DNA from: Microthyrium microscopicum
Taxonomy: Eukaryota
Length of the DNA stretch: 64,000 bases
Assembly: GCA_010405405.1 (NCBI GenBank)
Contig: MU004238.1
Coordinates: forward strand, 135,530 to 199,529
Reading direction: 5' to 3'
The notes under the pieces are model-generated. The model searched no databases, was not told where the DNA came from, and saw only the letters and a program-made list of their open reading frames with translations. Of this stretch, positions 23,984 to 36,937 are shown piece by piece. A program made the position numbers and the translations under genes. Position 1 is the stretch's first letter; every line of letters starts with the position of its first letter.

Positions 23984-26040
23984 ATGGTTCTCTGTCGATT
24001 CGATCAACGTGTTTGTTTCTCCTTATCCTGTCAAAGACCTTTGATGTCCAACTTGCTAATGCGCTGCAGGGCTTCTGTCGCAATGGCGACAACTGCCAGT
24101 TCGAACATGTATCAAAATCTAATCAACAAAACGGCGGTAATAGAGGAGGCCAAGGTGGTTTCAACCGAGGAGGACGAGGAGGTTTTGATGGCGGACGCGG
24201 TGGATTTGGAAACAATGGTATGTTTACACTCGTCTGATCTTCGAGTACTCAGTGCACAAGTGCTGTGCTGCAAAGATATGCAGGCCGTAGGGTTCTTGAC
24301 GTTTATGATTTGCCTACCCACCACTCCTTCCCATTTGGGCATCCGCCTTCCGCCTCGCAACTTCCATCTTTTCAACTTTGCTCTTTCCACTTCTGCAACT
24401 ATACAGCCCACTATATAATTGCTTACTGTACTCAACGTCAAACCCCCGTACACTCACACTTCTACATCTTCAAATCCTCCTTTTCTTAACCAGCGCTGTC
24501 TTTGCTACTCTCTTTACGCCACGATGATTCGTAGACCTCAGACTAAATATTCAGCAGGCAATCGAAACGCGCGAGATACAGAGTAAGTTTATCATTGAAG
24601 AACGTAGGTAGCACCAGCACTAATCAGATACTCTAGTGTCGTGGATCCAAAGATCATCGAAACCGATCTTACTACAGATCGGCCAATATGGCCCTTCTCT
24701 AGTTATCAGCCACGCAGCGATTTGCCGCGACAACTGATCGAAGGCGCGATTGAAGTTAGCCCTGATGAGATGCGCTGCAAGTCCTACCTGCTGGCGTTGC
24801 AAGGCAAACAAAATGATATTGTGAGTACTTTCTTCTTGGGCTCTAATCACGGCGATATACTAATGCGCCAAAGGTTGAGATTGAGAACAAAATGCAGGCC
24901 CTTTCGGCTGAGAAATCTCAGGCAATCTTGAGCGACCTGAAAGGAGCCGTGGAATACTTGGCAGCGGGGCGTGATGAGCATCCAAATAGAGACGATCTCC
25001 TTAAAGCGTCTCTGTCCGGAGCGCCTGTGAACGGCGCGACACCATTTGGCCAGCCTGCGGCGTCAGCGAAAAATCCCTTCGCAAGTCCAAGCGCTTTTGG
25101 ACAGCCATCTCTCCCAGCGGCCAATCCTTTCGGCCAATCGTCCACCGCCGCTGCCAATCCATTCGGCGCAAATGCTCCTCGAGCCGGCGGATTTGGACAA
25201 CCATCAGCACCTGGAACCTCAGCCTTTGGCAAGCCATCTCTACCAGCTACCTCACCCTTCGGCCAAGCTACTACTCAACCACAAGCTGGTGGTTTCGGAC
25301 AACCTTCCATGCTGGGAAAAGCCAATCCTTTTGGCACACCTCCCGCTCAATCACAAGCTGGTGGTTTTGGCCAGCCATCAGCATTCGGACAACCTTCCTT
25401 GGGCCAGCCTTCGGCATTTGGCCAACCAGCATTCGGTCAAGCTGCACCTAAGGCCAATCCCTTCGGACAGCCGCCTGCTCCAGGTACCACTCCAGCGGTG
25501 AACCCATTTGGGCAACCAGCGCAAACTCAGCAATCCTCTCCGTTCGGTCAACCTCAACAGAATACCCAAGCCAGCCCTTTTGGCGTTACCAAATCAGCAT
25601 CTCCGTTTGCCCAGCAGCCATCTGCAGCAGGTCCATTTGGCCAACCGGCAGCTTCACCCTCTCCATTTGGCAATAATGCCTCGACAAATGCCAATCCCTT
25701 TGGAGCCCCATCACAACCAACAAGTATGGCTGGTTCCAGTCCCTTCGGAGGATTAGGCGGCGCGCAAGCACCGGCACAAGCCAAGCCAAATCCATTTGGC
25801 CAACCACAGCAAACTCAAGGATTTGCAGGTGGCTCAGCGGCTGCTAACAAACACATCTTTCCCAGCGGTCCCATTGAACCCGGATCTATCGTGGATGATC
25901 CGCCAGCTGAGATGTACGGCGCCAACGAAGAGATGTTTCGCGCTGCCTATGCTTCAGCAGCCCAGAACGGTGCATTCGAGGGTGGAGTAATGCCATTCCT
26001 CCCACCAAAGGCGGCCTGGATCACCTACGATGGCATATAG
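23984..26040 (+). CDS. AMO1: CCCH zinc-finger FG-repeat nucleoporin AMO1 (Nup42/NUPL2-like)
   Basis: Splicing 24011-24069 gives C-x7-C-x5-C-x3-H (CRFDQRGFCRNGDNCQFEH); RGG tract; DLTTDRPIWPFSSY..EVSPDEMR; many FGQP/NPFG repeats; C-terminal FEGGVMPFLPP. Confidence 0.9.
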
Positions 26041-26546
26041 ATATATTAATATCTATCTGATTGGTTTGCCAGGTGTGTAAAGTTATGGATCCAAGGAAGC
26101 AAGGCGTTTTCATCATGGAGTTGGTGCATCTGAAGGTATGCAATATTTTGGGCACGAGTCGTGTAACACACAAGTAGAATTTATGATACCCTGGTCAAAC
26201 TGAATGAATATCTTTTGATTTACATCATGTTCATTGTAGGTAATAGTCAATCCATACATCAAAATCACCAAGCAAGCTCCAATAATCAGCCTTCTACCAA
26301 TATAGCCAGCACTTGGCAAATATCGTCCATGTACTAGTAAGTCATCTCCATAATCGTAACAGCGCAATCAAATCACAACTGAATAAACAGGAAATCACAT
26401 TTCACCAACTGCACTCAATTTGCGACTAGGTCGTGCAAAATCGTACACCTAGTACGTCCTCCTCCTCCTCCTCCTCTCCAATGAGCCACTCCCAGACAAA
26501 GGTGACAAAAATGGGGAGGTGTTGGTGGTAGATGTGGACGAGAAGT

Positions 26547-27794
26547 TCACTTACGCGGAGGAGCCAGTCCTCTCCGCTCCCAAAAGCGGCGTTCACACCG
26601 GCGTTGACGAGCTACTATAAAATCGGCCATGCTTTGCTCATCGAGCTTGACACATCCCGACGAATGGACCAGAGTTGGAAAAGCCGTCCTAATCTCACTA
26701 GCCACAGCCCGCTGCTGTTGGAAGATGGACCACCCGATGTGTTCGCCCCGGGAGTGACACTTGTTACCCCAGAGAATTGCCAAGATGACGGATTTGCCGA
26801 CGATGGCTTTGAGCTGACCAGTGAGGGAGGGAACCGGTGACAATGGCTCGCTGCTGGTGTTGTTGCTGGTGTTGTTGCTGGTGTTGTTGCTGGTGTTGTT
26901 GCTGGTGTTGTTGCTGGTGTTGTTGCTGGTGNNNNNNNNNNTGCTGGTGTTGTTGCTGGTGTTGTTGCTGGTGTTGTTGCTGGTGTTGTTGCTGGTGTTG
27001 TTGCTGGTGTTGTTGCTGGTGCTGGTGTTGTTGTTGGTGTTGGCAGAAAGGGGGGAGGAGTCGCCATGCCCCAAGCCGGCAAGGGTTTCTTGTCCCCAAT
27101 TCGACATCTGCGCACCATTCCAGGCAAGCTCGACGGCTCCATGCTCGACACCCTCTAGAGGAGGAATGCTCGTGTCTCCCGTGCCCAACTCAGTCTCTTC
27201 ACCAATACCCGTGCCAGCATCGGACTCTTCCTCATCCATTGGGAGTGCGGGCCAATCCAGGCCAGGGGGAACCTCATCGTTCTCTGGCTGAAAGTGGGAG
27301 TATAACGTCACACCCTGCCAGCTTATGAACAGCCAGTCGCCCACTTGCTGATGGGTTGTGGCTGGTCCTTGAGCCAGCTGTAAGCTGGGATCAGCGTGTT
27401 GAAGAAAATGCCACCCCATCAGACGGTGGCTCCAAGTCCAGGCAGGGACATCATCCTCGTCGTCCTCATCAGACTCCTCCTCATCTTCCTCGTCGTACCC
27501 ACTTTCCTCGTCTTCGGACTGGTACGAGGCCTCGGAGGATGGAGGACCCGGACATACCTCATCGTTCCATGGGTCAAGCTCGACTCGTGGTAGAGGGCCG
27601 ACTGGTGGGCCCAAGGGAAGACCTGGGTGGGCGCCGGGAGCGGCGCGAAGTTCTTCCATACCTGGAAGGGGGCCCGACTGCTGGTGGTCACCGAAGCCAT
27701 CCTCCAAGAGGAGAGTGATGTGTAGGGCGGCAGACCGGAAGTCGTTGTCAGCGTCGCCATAGGTCATGCTGTGGTCCTGGCCTGCCTGACGCAT
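26547..27794 (-). CDS. Low-complexity acidic hypothetical protein with (NNTS)n repeat; spans an assembly gap
   Basis: 415-aa ORF with acidic tract and repeat; no recognisable domain; frame across the N-gap is unverified. Confidence 0.45.
   Translation of the reverse strand: MRQAGQDHSMTYGDADNDFRSAALHITLLLEDGFGDHQQSGPLPGMEELRAAPGAHPGLPLGPPVGPLPRVELDPWNDEVCPGPPSSEASYQSEDEESGYDEEDEEESDEDDEDDVPAWTWSHRLMGWHFLQHADPSLQLAQGPATTHQQVGDWLFISWQGVTLYSHFQPENDEVPPGLDWPALPMDEEESDAGTGIGEETELGTGDTSIPPLEGVEHGAVELAWNGAQMSNWGQETLAGLGHGDSSPLSANTNNNTSTSNNTSNNTSNNTSNNTSNNTSNNTSXXXXTSNNTSNNTSNNTSNNTSNNTSNNTSSEPLSPVPSLTGQLKAIVGKSVILAILWGNKCHSRGEHIGWSIFQQQRAVASEIRTAFPTLVHSSGCVKLDEQSMADFIVARQRRCERRFWERRGLAPPRK
26852..27041. 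repeat. 12-bp tandem repeat (TGCTGGTGTTGT)n interrupted by a 10-N gap at 26932-26941
   Basis: Unit directly visible on both sides of the N run; true copy number unknown. Confidence 0.95.
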
Positions 27795-29819
27795 ATTGCT
27801 GTATTCGGAAGGTGTGTTGGTTTATTAGGTGGGTGACTGAGTTTGATGAAGCTGATTGCTTGATTAAGCAATCGTTATGGATTGATGAAGAAAGGTTGAT
27901 AAGCTGAAGTGGAAGTAATGATGGGTATATATGGAAGGGTTAGTTATGAAGGATGGCTGTCGAATGTGGAAAGTGTGATGCGTGAATATGAAAGTCAGTA
28001 TATTCAATGTTTGTTGAGGAGGAAAGCTGGCAAGAAAGAAACCGGCTATGAACTGAGAGATCGAAAGTATTTATGCCCTTCCGGAGACGCTTTGAGAATT
28101 GTACATCAACAGTTGACTGAGAGTTGGAACTGTCAACCATGGTTGATCTTGAGCAAGAAATGTGCTAACGACAGTTTAGGAGTCTAAGATCAATGGGAAC
28201 CAACGTTCGGCATACGTCTAGCGCACATCTGTCAGCTAACATAGACGCACTCTAGTACGTCTATTGCGTAGACCATCTCCCTTGATCATGTTTACAGGTA
28301 GGAGAGAACAAGATGAAGGTCGAGTACTGACAATTTTGAATGATAATGGGTCAAACTCATATGACGGTTCCAGGATTCGAGATGCGGGTTACCACTGAAG
28401 AATAGTTTCAATCGTAGCTAGCATTTAGGACTTTGTTCACACAGTGTGTACACGGTTGAACCCCTTCGTTCCTACCTTGTTCGCGTGGTTCTTGCCAAAA
28501 GAGCGTGGAGATGGCGGGCACACGGTGAGAGTACCACTTTTTGGATCCCTTAGACCACATATGAGAATAGTTTGGGTCTCTTTCGACACCTGCGAGTACC
28601 AGATCCATCGCGAATCGACCTGTCACTGGTCTTATATTCGCAATCTCTGGTCGCCTATGCCGTACAAGAAGTCTATCGTGTTCTTCCCGAATCCCAGGAA
28701 CTTGACAAAACATTTGATCATTTCCCAGTGTAAACTTCTCTGACAAAGTGACTCAAGGAAGAAAATCGTGGCAGTTGCTTGAATAGAATGCTCTACTGAC
28801 AAGTGTGTGGAGTTTGGAAGTCATCTCTAAAACCATGTACATCTGAACATTGAACATTTGAACCAAGGTTGAATACATGCACGGCGCTGGCGGCTAAACC
28901 ATGGTACATAGGCGCTAGGGCTGGAGCACTGAATGTCCCTGTAAGATATCGTACCATGATTCGATAGAGCAAGCACATGCCTTCCTAAAGCAGATTAGCG
29001 CAGGTCGCTTCGACGACGGAAAGCAAGATTCATTGGTCCGCGGCGCCAGGCTCGGACCGCACTTCGGCCGCTCCCGTCTTCAGGCTGCACAGCTCAGAAA
29101 ATCAGAATGACCATCAACTTTGAAGCAAGCCTGTAGTAGGCCTCGCCGACGAGCGACCGAACCATGCTCTGTAGATGCGCGACTTGAGTTCTTCTGACTA
29201 GGCACCTGTTGAGCTCTATGGCAGGCAGGTTGTTGCTTGAAGATGTCACATAAATTGACATAATACTATATTTCTAATCAATATATTTTGTGCTGCTTCA
29301 TTTTTTTTGTTTCGATGGTGGGTGCTTCTCCTTTTGGTACACCCTAAATGTTGCGACTGGTATGTAAGTACAACTTCATGCAAAATGAGGTAAAAAGATG
29401 AGATCGAGATTCTGGGAAGAATTTTCATTCTTCATTCTTCATACTATCATATGTGGCATTCAGACAAATGTTTTTAAAACATTGGCTGTCAGATCTTCGA
29501 TCTTTTCATCTTTTGCAGTAACTTTAGAGGTCAACGTTGCGATTTTGCCTTCTGTAGCCTGTAGTTGGGCATGGGTATCTGCCAATTCCTTGTCCTCTTG
29601 TGCCAACTCCTTGTCCTTTTGTGTATCTCGTCCTCTCATGTAATCTTGGCTTGCTGACCTAACCGCCTACGCTTCAGTTCGAGAATGGAATCCATGTCCC
29701 TTTGCAAAAAATTGCTTTTTGACTTAGTCCTGCATCTCCAGCTCTTACTCACAATGTGCTTGTCTATTTCGTTTCCCAATGCTTCTCGCGCGCCCACGTC
29801 TCTGAACTCCTCTGACTTT

Positions 29820-30260
29820 TCACTTCCGCTGTAGAGTCCCCATGGTAATTCGATATCCTCTTCTCATGCTTTCGAGTCCAGTTGTAGGACCTGAGATTTG
29901 CGCGTCATGATCGGGGTGAAGATCGTCGGCATTGTTGATATAGATTACAGCAGTTTTGTGGAACATGTTGGTGACTTCGCTGTGGATTTGGCGGCAAACG
30001 AGTAGCAACACTTTCGATTCGCGTTTTTGGTAACCGAATCGGATAGAGCTTACAAGTCTCTCATCTTTTTCATTGGCGTCGACAGTTGTGTCCGGCATGA
30101 TCAAATCGGTTGTTGTAGCCGTTCCAGTATGGTAGACTGTAGTCCACGTCTTGGGAATCGTGCTGAGGGAGGTGATTAGCATGCAAATATCTAGCATAGG
30201 TTCGCATGAGAGATAGCCTTTGCGAAAATACCCTCTATCAAGGTAGCTGATCGCGTGGAG
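29820..30260 (-). pseudogene. Remnant of a fungal F-box-like protein
   Basis: LLLVCRQIHSEVTNMFHK resembles the LLxxCRQIxxE motif of fungal F-box-associated proteins; upstream sequence has stops. Confidence 0.35.
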
Positions 30261-31561
30261 ACTTTACTTACAAAGAGCATGATGACGCCTCAAGGTAACC
30301 TCAGGCAGGGCATGAGCATCCACTTTCTAAGCTGGACTTGTTTGCTTTCCCTTGTTGTTTCGAGCCCATGGTATGGGGAAGGGTTAAGGAGCTTGAGCCA
30401 GTGGTGGTCTTTGGAAAGTTATTGGACTGGTCGTTTGACTCAAGAGAGCTTGCGCTATCAAAGTTTGCTTGGTTTGCTTATAATTCCTGTTAGGCTGTAT
30501 GATGCTGCGGTCGATTCTGAAGCTGCTGGGGTAGGTGATTATATTGGATTGTGCAGGTCTCGTAAGCTCTAGCAAGAATTTTGCGCCTTCATCGAGGCTA
30601 GTTACGATAAAAGGCCAAAATTCTGGTAAGATGCTATATGATGGAGAGATGTGCTTGTGATAATAACTATAGACTTGCGTCGGTGTTATTCCGAAACATC
30701 CTGGGTGGGTAATGCTTTGAAACAATATGAATAAAGGTTCATAGGTCGTATCAGCAACAACGCCTGTAACATTGCTGAGCTGTTGTAATATCTTTTGGAC
30801 GATAGCGTCGGTGGTAAGCTCATAGCCCCTTCCAGGGACCAGAAGCGAGCCTGCTTTGTTGGTAGCGCCGTTAGCGTTCTTGCCGGGTTGGTCTCGTGCT
30901 GCTCTGGCGCGGTTACGACTGTAGCCGTAGATGGCGTTGGCAATGGTGGTGTGGCGGCTGTGTCCGAGGTATTGGTATCCTCACTAGGGGGATGGGCGAT
31001 TTGCTCGACTAGACTTGTGTAAGCTAAAAGACTAGAGTGGGTTATTGATAGGTCAAGGACTTGCCTATTGCGCAAACTTGATGTCGTTCATCAGATCTTG
31101 ACATTCCTTTCCATCTGATATTACCGCAGCTTGGATTTCGGGCTTTGAAACTCGTGGATGATTACCCATTACGGGTTGCAATGCTATCATAGTGTGCTGT
31201 CCTCCTTTGTCGTTCGCGAATGTCTATTTGGTCAGCTCGAAACTAGTGTTGCTTTTGGTGTACCGACGAGCACAGATCCTGACGGGTGGCCGATGTTGAT
31301 TTATCGACTCGGGAGGTCCGATCGAAGCCAGAGAGTTTGAACCGTGGTGGATCCAAGGAGAAAACCTTGATGGTTCTAATGGATACGTTATTGTGAGAAA
31401 AGCGTGGGCCGTCGAGTGTTGATCATTGGCCTGGTCCGTTGTGTTTTTGACTTATATAGTGATGTGCAATCCCAGGATGACATCTTGATACTGGAAATCA
31501 AAAAGATGAAAGGTTTGTCGTCAAACGCAGTATGCCAATCCTTACTCTTTAGAGCTAATGG

Positions 31562-34500
31562 TTAAAGAGTACTTGGTGCTCCTGATGAACTCATGCGCGC
31601 TGCAATAACCTTTTTAGACCAAGTATTTTTATGGCCAACTCGAAAAGGCAGAGTTTGGATGTCACTTTTCCATGCCGCCTGTTCTTCTGCTTTCCATTCA
31701 TGCTCTTGTGAAGTTCTTTCCCGGCCTTCGTCCACACCACACCTGGATTGGATCATTTATTTGCATATATTGTCCAGCATGTCTCATGTAGAACTTCAAG
31801 TGGAGCGTCGAGTTCTTGACCTTGCTGTAGCTTGGATTCCATAGCACTAGACCGTTTGGCCGTGTCTTGTGTAGGCGTTGCGTTGAGAGAGTTTTCCACC
31901 AGATGATTCCTTGGAGGACCAAAGTCTCCACCCCGTGAGTCGTACCACTTCTTGAACAACTCGTCAGAGTGGTTGATTGCTGGCATCCTTCACTACATTA
32001 CACTCGGTGCAAGTTTAGGCACCGGCTTTCGGATGTGTATCGAGTTGCCGGTGGCTCCAAGGTTGTACTAGACTGACGCCACGAGGAGATGGATTGTTTC
32101 CCAAGTCGTCCAATACCGTAGTCGGCTTAGTCAAAGAGAAGATCCATGGCCAGGAGGGGATCTCCGGGTTGTTGATCAGATTGACTTCCCACCACAGGGT
32201 AAAGCATTTCCAACTCATCGCGATGGGAGTGCAGGGCGCGCACTTGGGCGATGAGTTGCTTACCGGTGAGTATCGCCAGACTAGCCATGTCTAAAGGAAT
32301 ATGATTGATGATGAAAACAGGTCAAGGAACAGCACGCCGAGTCCTGCAGGTTGAAGCGAGCAGTCGAAAAGTCACTCTGTCCCACCCGAGAAGAAGGTCA
32401 AGTTTTGGAGTGGTGTGCAGTATCCACGGTAGACCAGCGTTTTCCTTTACTCTTGACCGTCTGCGATTTTGTCCGATATGGTGATGTGGGTCTCTTCTTC
32501 ATCATAACAGACCCTGGTGCCGACGGCAAGTGATGTGGTCTGAAGATCTGGAACAATGCGCAGAGTTTGGCTGAGGTGGTTGCATAACGCGACTGCATTC
32601 TTGCGCAAGTTTTCCTCGCACGCATGACCAGGACAAGCGATTGAGAGCCGCATTGTCACGGAGCATTTGAGAATAATGGTGGTAGCCCAAGACCCAAGTC
32701 ATAATCTCGGCGGTCCTGGTCGGTCCAGTCATGCTCGAATATTTCGTGCGTTACTAAGGGATGGTTGAAGTCGTGCGGGGCAAGGACGTGTTTGCCCTGA
32801 GCACGAAGATATTGGTTGAAGCGGATTACAATGTCCCTATAGTTGGCTTTGAAGGAAATCCTGTTTGTAAAACAGTCCATCGCACTTAGCGGTGGGACTG
32901 TTGGGGCAGCCTTCTTAGCGACACGATGGTCTTTGGCGTGCTGCGATGAGCCTCGTGCGGCATCGCTAGAAGGTTTGGGTACGACGGGCAGTACTGGACT
33001 CTCTACTTGCGCATTTCCAACCTCGCTAGAGCATTAGACTGCCTGGATACGACATCGCAGCCGAATGCAAATGCTTCGTTTGACTCTGGTCCATTGAGGT
33101 TCCAGGGAAGCGGTCATCGCCTTGGTCCTCGGTATGGAGGGTGGACACTGTTTTCTTCCAGGCTGCGTCTGATAATTTGTCGTATAGGTCGCGATACTCG
33201 GGGACGGTGGTTATGCTTGCAAAGTCGAAGCTGATATATAAGAAAAATAGAAAGTATGGTAATAAGAGGATCGCCATCGCGAACCGAGGTGGCTCACGTC
33301 CAACTTGGTTTTAGGCTTTGGGGCCTCACTCTCGTCGACTTTCGCGCTCTTTGTTGAAGGTGGGAATTCGATGTATTCAGGCTCGGAGCCATTGAACAGT
33401 GAGTCAAGATCATCATCTTCATATGGTGCTCAGAGGCCTTACGCTTCAATGACTTCGAAGAATCGTTTTGACGTAGTAGCGCTCATCTCCGAGCGGATCA
33501 GGAAACAGGGAAGCATGCCAATCCCGGCTGTGCGCATTCACACGGGTTGGTGTTAGAAGTAGCCATGAGAGGATTCCTCATCATCCTCATCCTCAGAGGA
33601 GCCCGAATTCTTGTCTTCAAGCTCCCCCTCTGACCCGTCCTTCCCGAGAATCTAGCTCTACTTCCACCCTGACAGGCCACCTAGCATCTTCTGATGCTTT
33701 TCCAAGGCATCTATCTCCTCATCATGGGTCATGCCACTGTCTTTAACAATGTGGCGCTGTTGCAAGATATTTTCAAACTGTCGCAATACTCTTTGGGCAA
33801 TTTCTTCGGCGGTAAGGTCCTCGCTCTTTTTATAAAGCTCAACCATTTGGCTCTCGTGGCCTCGCAAAATAGCTCGCGTGAAACGCCCTTCGTCTTTTGA
33901 TCCATCAACAAGACAGACTGCGAGACGGCGAGTCCACTTCCGTCAAGGTCCGGCCAGTGTAAAACATAGTGCCGACTTCCCGTTGGTAAGTAGCCATGAG
34001 AGGATTGAGAACCGGTGCGCCTTCGGACTGGTTGGTGTTAGAAGAGGCCATTATCAGCTCGCGGAGATGATTTCGAAGAGATTGTTAGAAGTAGAAGCTA
34101 GCTCCTTCCATTTGAGCTGCAGATGGGAATGGCTTGAGTCGCTTAGACTGGTTTGTGCCAAGACAAGATGGATGTTGAGCAACAGTAGTGAAAGTGTTGA
34201 TATAAAATACAGTCTTGGTGTTGTTATGTACATGGACCTCGAAATGAGTGCCAGATTGTTGGCTTTCTTCAAGTGATTGTAGGTGAAAATGAATTGCTCT
34301 GGCAAAAGTAGCAATGGCATTCGAAGCGGCAATGGCCGAATGCCAATCTCACCACTTTTCCCAGAGCCTTCCTTGTTGTTTTTAATGTTGAATGCTAATT
34401 TGCAAGCCGCCTTGAATCTAGCATTTGTAGCATTGTCGTCAGGACTGAAAATCTTGACGAAGTCCTCGTCCATCGCATCTCCATTATCCCAAGTGGGATT

Positions 34501-34600
34501 AAACGGATCCCATGTCGGGTCCATAGAGCGAATTTGAAATTCAACAACAGCATCCGGGTTGGTTCCATCAATCCAGTGAGGAAATCTGAGACCTCTCGCC
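31562..34600 (-). pseudogene. Long decayed reading frame with multiple in-frame stops
   Basis: ORF fragments 33867-33658 and 32880-32656 share a frame; linker reads GWK*S*ILGKDGSEGELEDKNSGSSEDEDDEESS..; boundaries approximate. Confidence 0.5.
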
Positions 34601-35131
34601 CAGAAAAGTATATCAGAGGATTTTGAGAGACTATATAGGTACAGTGGCTGGCGTTGTTGATGTTGAAAGAATGACGATGGCCAAAGTCGAACGATTGAAC
34701 GAGTTATATACCCGAATCGCCAGCTGAATCCAATGTTCTGTCCATCAAAAAGCAATCGTAGAACTCCATGCAAGCTGTGGTAGCAATAGACCTACAGCAA
34801 TAAGAATGCATCGGCACGAGAGAGTTGTTGATGGTACTTTTGTTTTTAGCATTGTTCAAAATGCAAAGTTCTGTTGCATAACCGATAATTGTGAGTCGGT
34901 AAATAGAGAGAAGCGATAAGTTGCGATACAATCAGTAAGATGTTAGTGGTTGTCACAATTGATCAAGAGGGCAAACCGCAGCAGGACAATCAGCGAGTCG
35001 GGGTCCATTCCTTTGTTACGAAACAGCAACAGAAAATATTGCTTGCTGTACTGATAGTATCAAGGAAAATAAGTTTGCGACCAGCCGCATTCATCATTGT
35101 TACTAAGTTATATTCGTACAGGGTATCGTTT

Positions 35132-36630
35132 TTAGATGTACTAGAACTCATTAGCAACCAACCATCAGCAAGGCTGAGGACAATCATGGAATAACATACC
35201 TTTCCAGTGGGATCTATCTTATCAAACACATCCATCGATTTCTCATATCTGTGAACTGCATTAGCGCCAAGCTACTCAAAATAAGAAGACAACTCACATG
35301 GTAAACACAATCCCGCCACTCAAAATCAGCCGTGCCAAACGCGGAACTGCCCCTGACCAGAATGTCAAGACGCCCTCTTCCTTGAATATCCGCGTAGCAC
35401 AAACAAAGCTGTTCTTGTATTCCTTTCGTGCTTCGATCGATTGCATACGTGTCTTGATGGTATCTAGCGGCATAGTGACATACCTGCGAAGACTTAGCAG
35501 CATGCCATTGACTTAGGTGTTAGTGAGCATACACTGTGATAATTCCGGCAAGTGCTCCCAAGCCGAATGTGCTCATTGCGCCTAGCTTCTCCCCTGGAGC
35601 CACATAGCTTTGCGCCATTTGCCTCAATGTTGTATAACTACCAAATCTTGTCGCGGAGTTTGCTGCTTGACGAGCTGTGGTGGGTACGAAGCCTTGGAAG
35701 AAGCCGCGAATGCCCTTTTCTCTAGCAATGACCATGGATCCGTGTATGAAGCCGCGCATGCGAGGTTGTGCTCGTTTTCGATCGTCTATTCTATAATGAT
35801 ATCAGTCTCTGGGACACAGCTGTTTTGAAAAGGGTTGCGAACAGTTGTGTCTTGATACTCTCTGTGGGGGTGACTGCGAGTAGTGATTCAGTTACTCCAG
35901 CCCCGAAGCCTGCTATTACGTTGCCTGGGCCAGAAACTTTGCCTTCCGCGTCGGCAAGCATAGACTTGTATTGATCAAAAGCAACGAATCCTGACGCTTA
36001 ATTAGCACGACGCGTGTGACAAAGATCAAATAGGACACACGAATTGCTGCTTTGAGGGAATTTCCAAATATCAGTGTAGTGCATCCGGCATACCACTGCG
36101 AGCCAAATGGTGGCCATGGGAGTTTCTTTCCGTCAGGTAGCCTGCGGTTCAATTGTGTCCGTGTCTTTGCGACTGAGTACGGTTAGAAAGTGAACGCGAG
36201 TAGTTCTGTGACGATATGACAGGCGTGCCAGTGAATTGCAATCTCTACCATCGCAGTCTTCAACAAGGCAAAGCTTTTGTACCCAGCGTGTTCAACCCGA
36301 TGTTCGCATCTTTACGCATTCAAAGGGAATTGAAGCGCTCGATATTGAAGCTTAGCGAATGGTAGACATGACAATCGGTGGGCGCGTGTCGTTCTTTCGA
36401 TATGGAGGGGCATATGCGTACATTCGGCGGGATATGTGATGGCTGCAAAAAGTTAGCTGTAGATCTCGGGACTACAAATGATAGAACATACCAATCTCGA
36501 CAGCTCCAGCAGTAGCTCCAGCTATAATAGACCGCATAGCACTCGGCTATACCTCCTCGTTAGCTGTATTGCTCAATTGACCCCACAGATGCAATCTTAC
36601 CCTCTTCCTGTCTGGATGGGCAGCCGCCAT
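35132..36630 (-). CDS. CTP1: Mitochondrial tricarboxylate (citrate) carrier
   Basis: Multi-exon model MAAAHPDRKR|PSAMRSIIAGATAGAVEI|AITYPAE|FAKTRTQL..; three carrier signatures PAEFAKTR, PTESIKT, PLDTIKTR; RQAANSATRF; ends DKIDPTGK|YI-TAA. Confidence 0.93.
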
Positions 36631-36937
36631 AGTGGCTAATTGACACGACGATTCGTGCTGCTACCAGTCTCAAGGAGCAAGCTCTAGAAGTAAACAAAGA
36701 ATGAAGATGGGAAAAAAAGTTTAGTGCATATGATTCATGGTATTGTTATCCGCACTCGGAGAGCTCCACATGCATGTAACTCTCGGTATGCCGACACGTT
36801 GCCGATTTGCCCGATTTTAGTGGCTTGACACGGACCTAGAACACCGAAAAGATTCGAGAAACTTTATACGACTTCTACAATTAATACCATCATACACCAA
36901 CAACCTCCATTTCCTCCCTTCCTCTACCATCTCCAAG

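Noticed and set aside
25030..25830. Recurrent short repeats in AMO1
   Set aside because: Explained by FG-nucleoporin peptide repeats; not a CRISPR-like or mobile array
28000..34900. Starship or other transposon as the source of the accessory block
   Set aside because: No DUF3435 tyrosine recombinase, DDE transposase, RT motifs, terminal repeats or target-site duplication recognised
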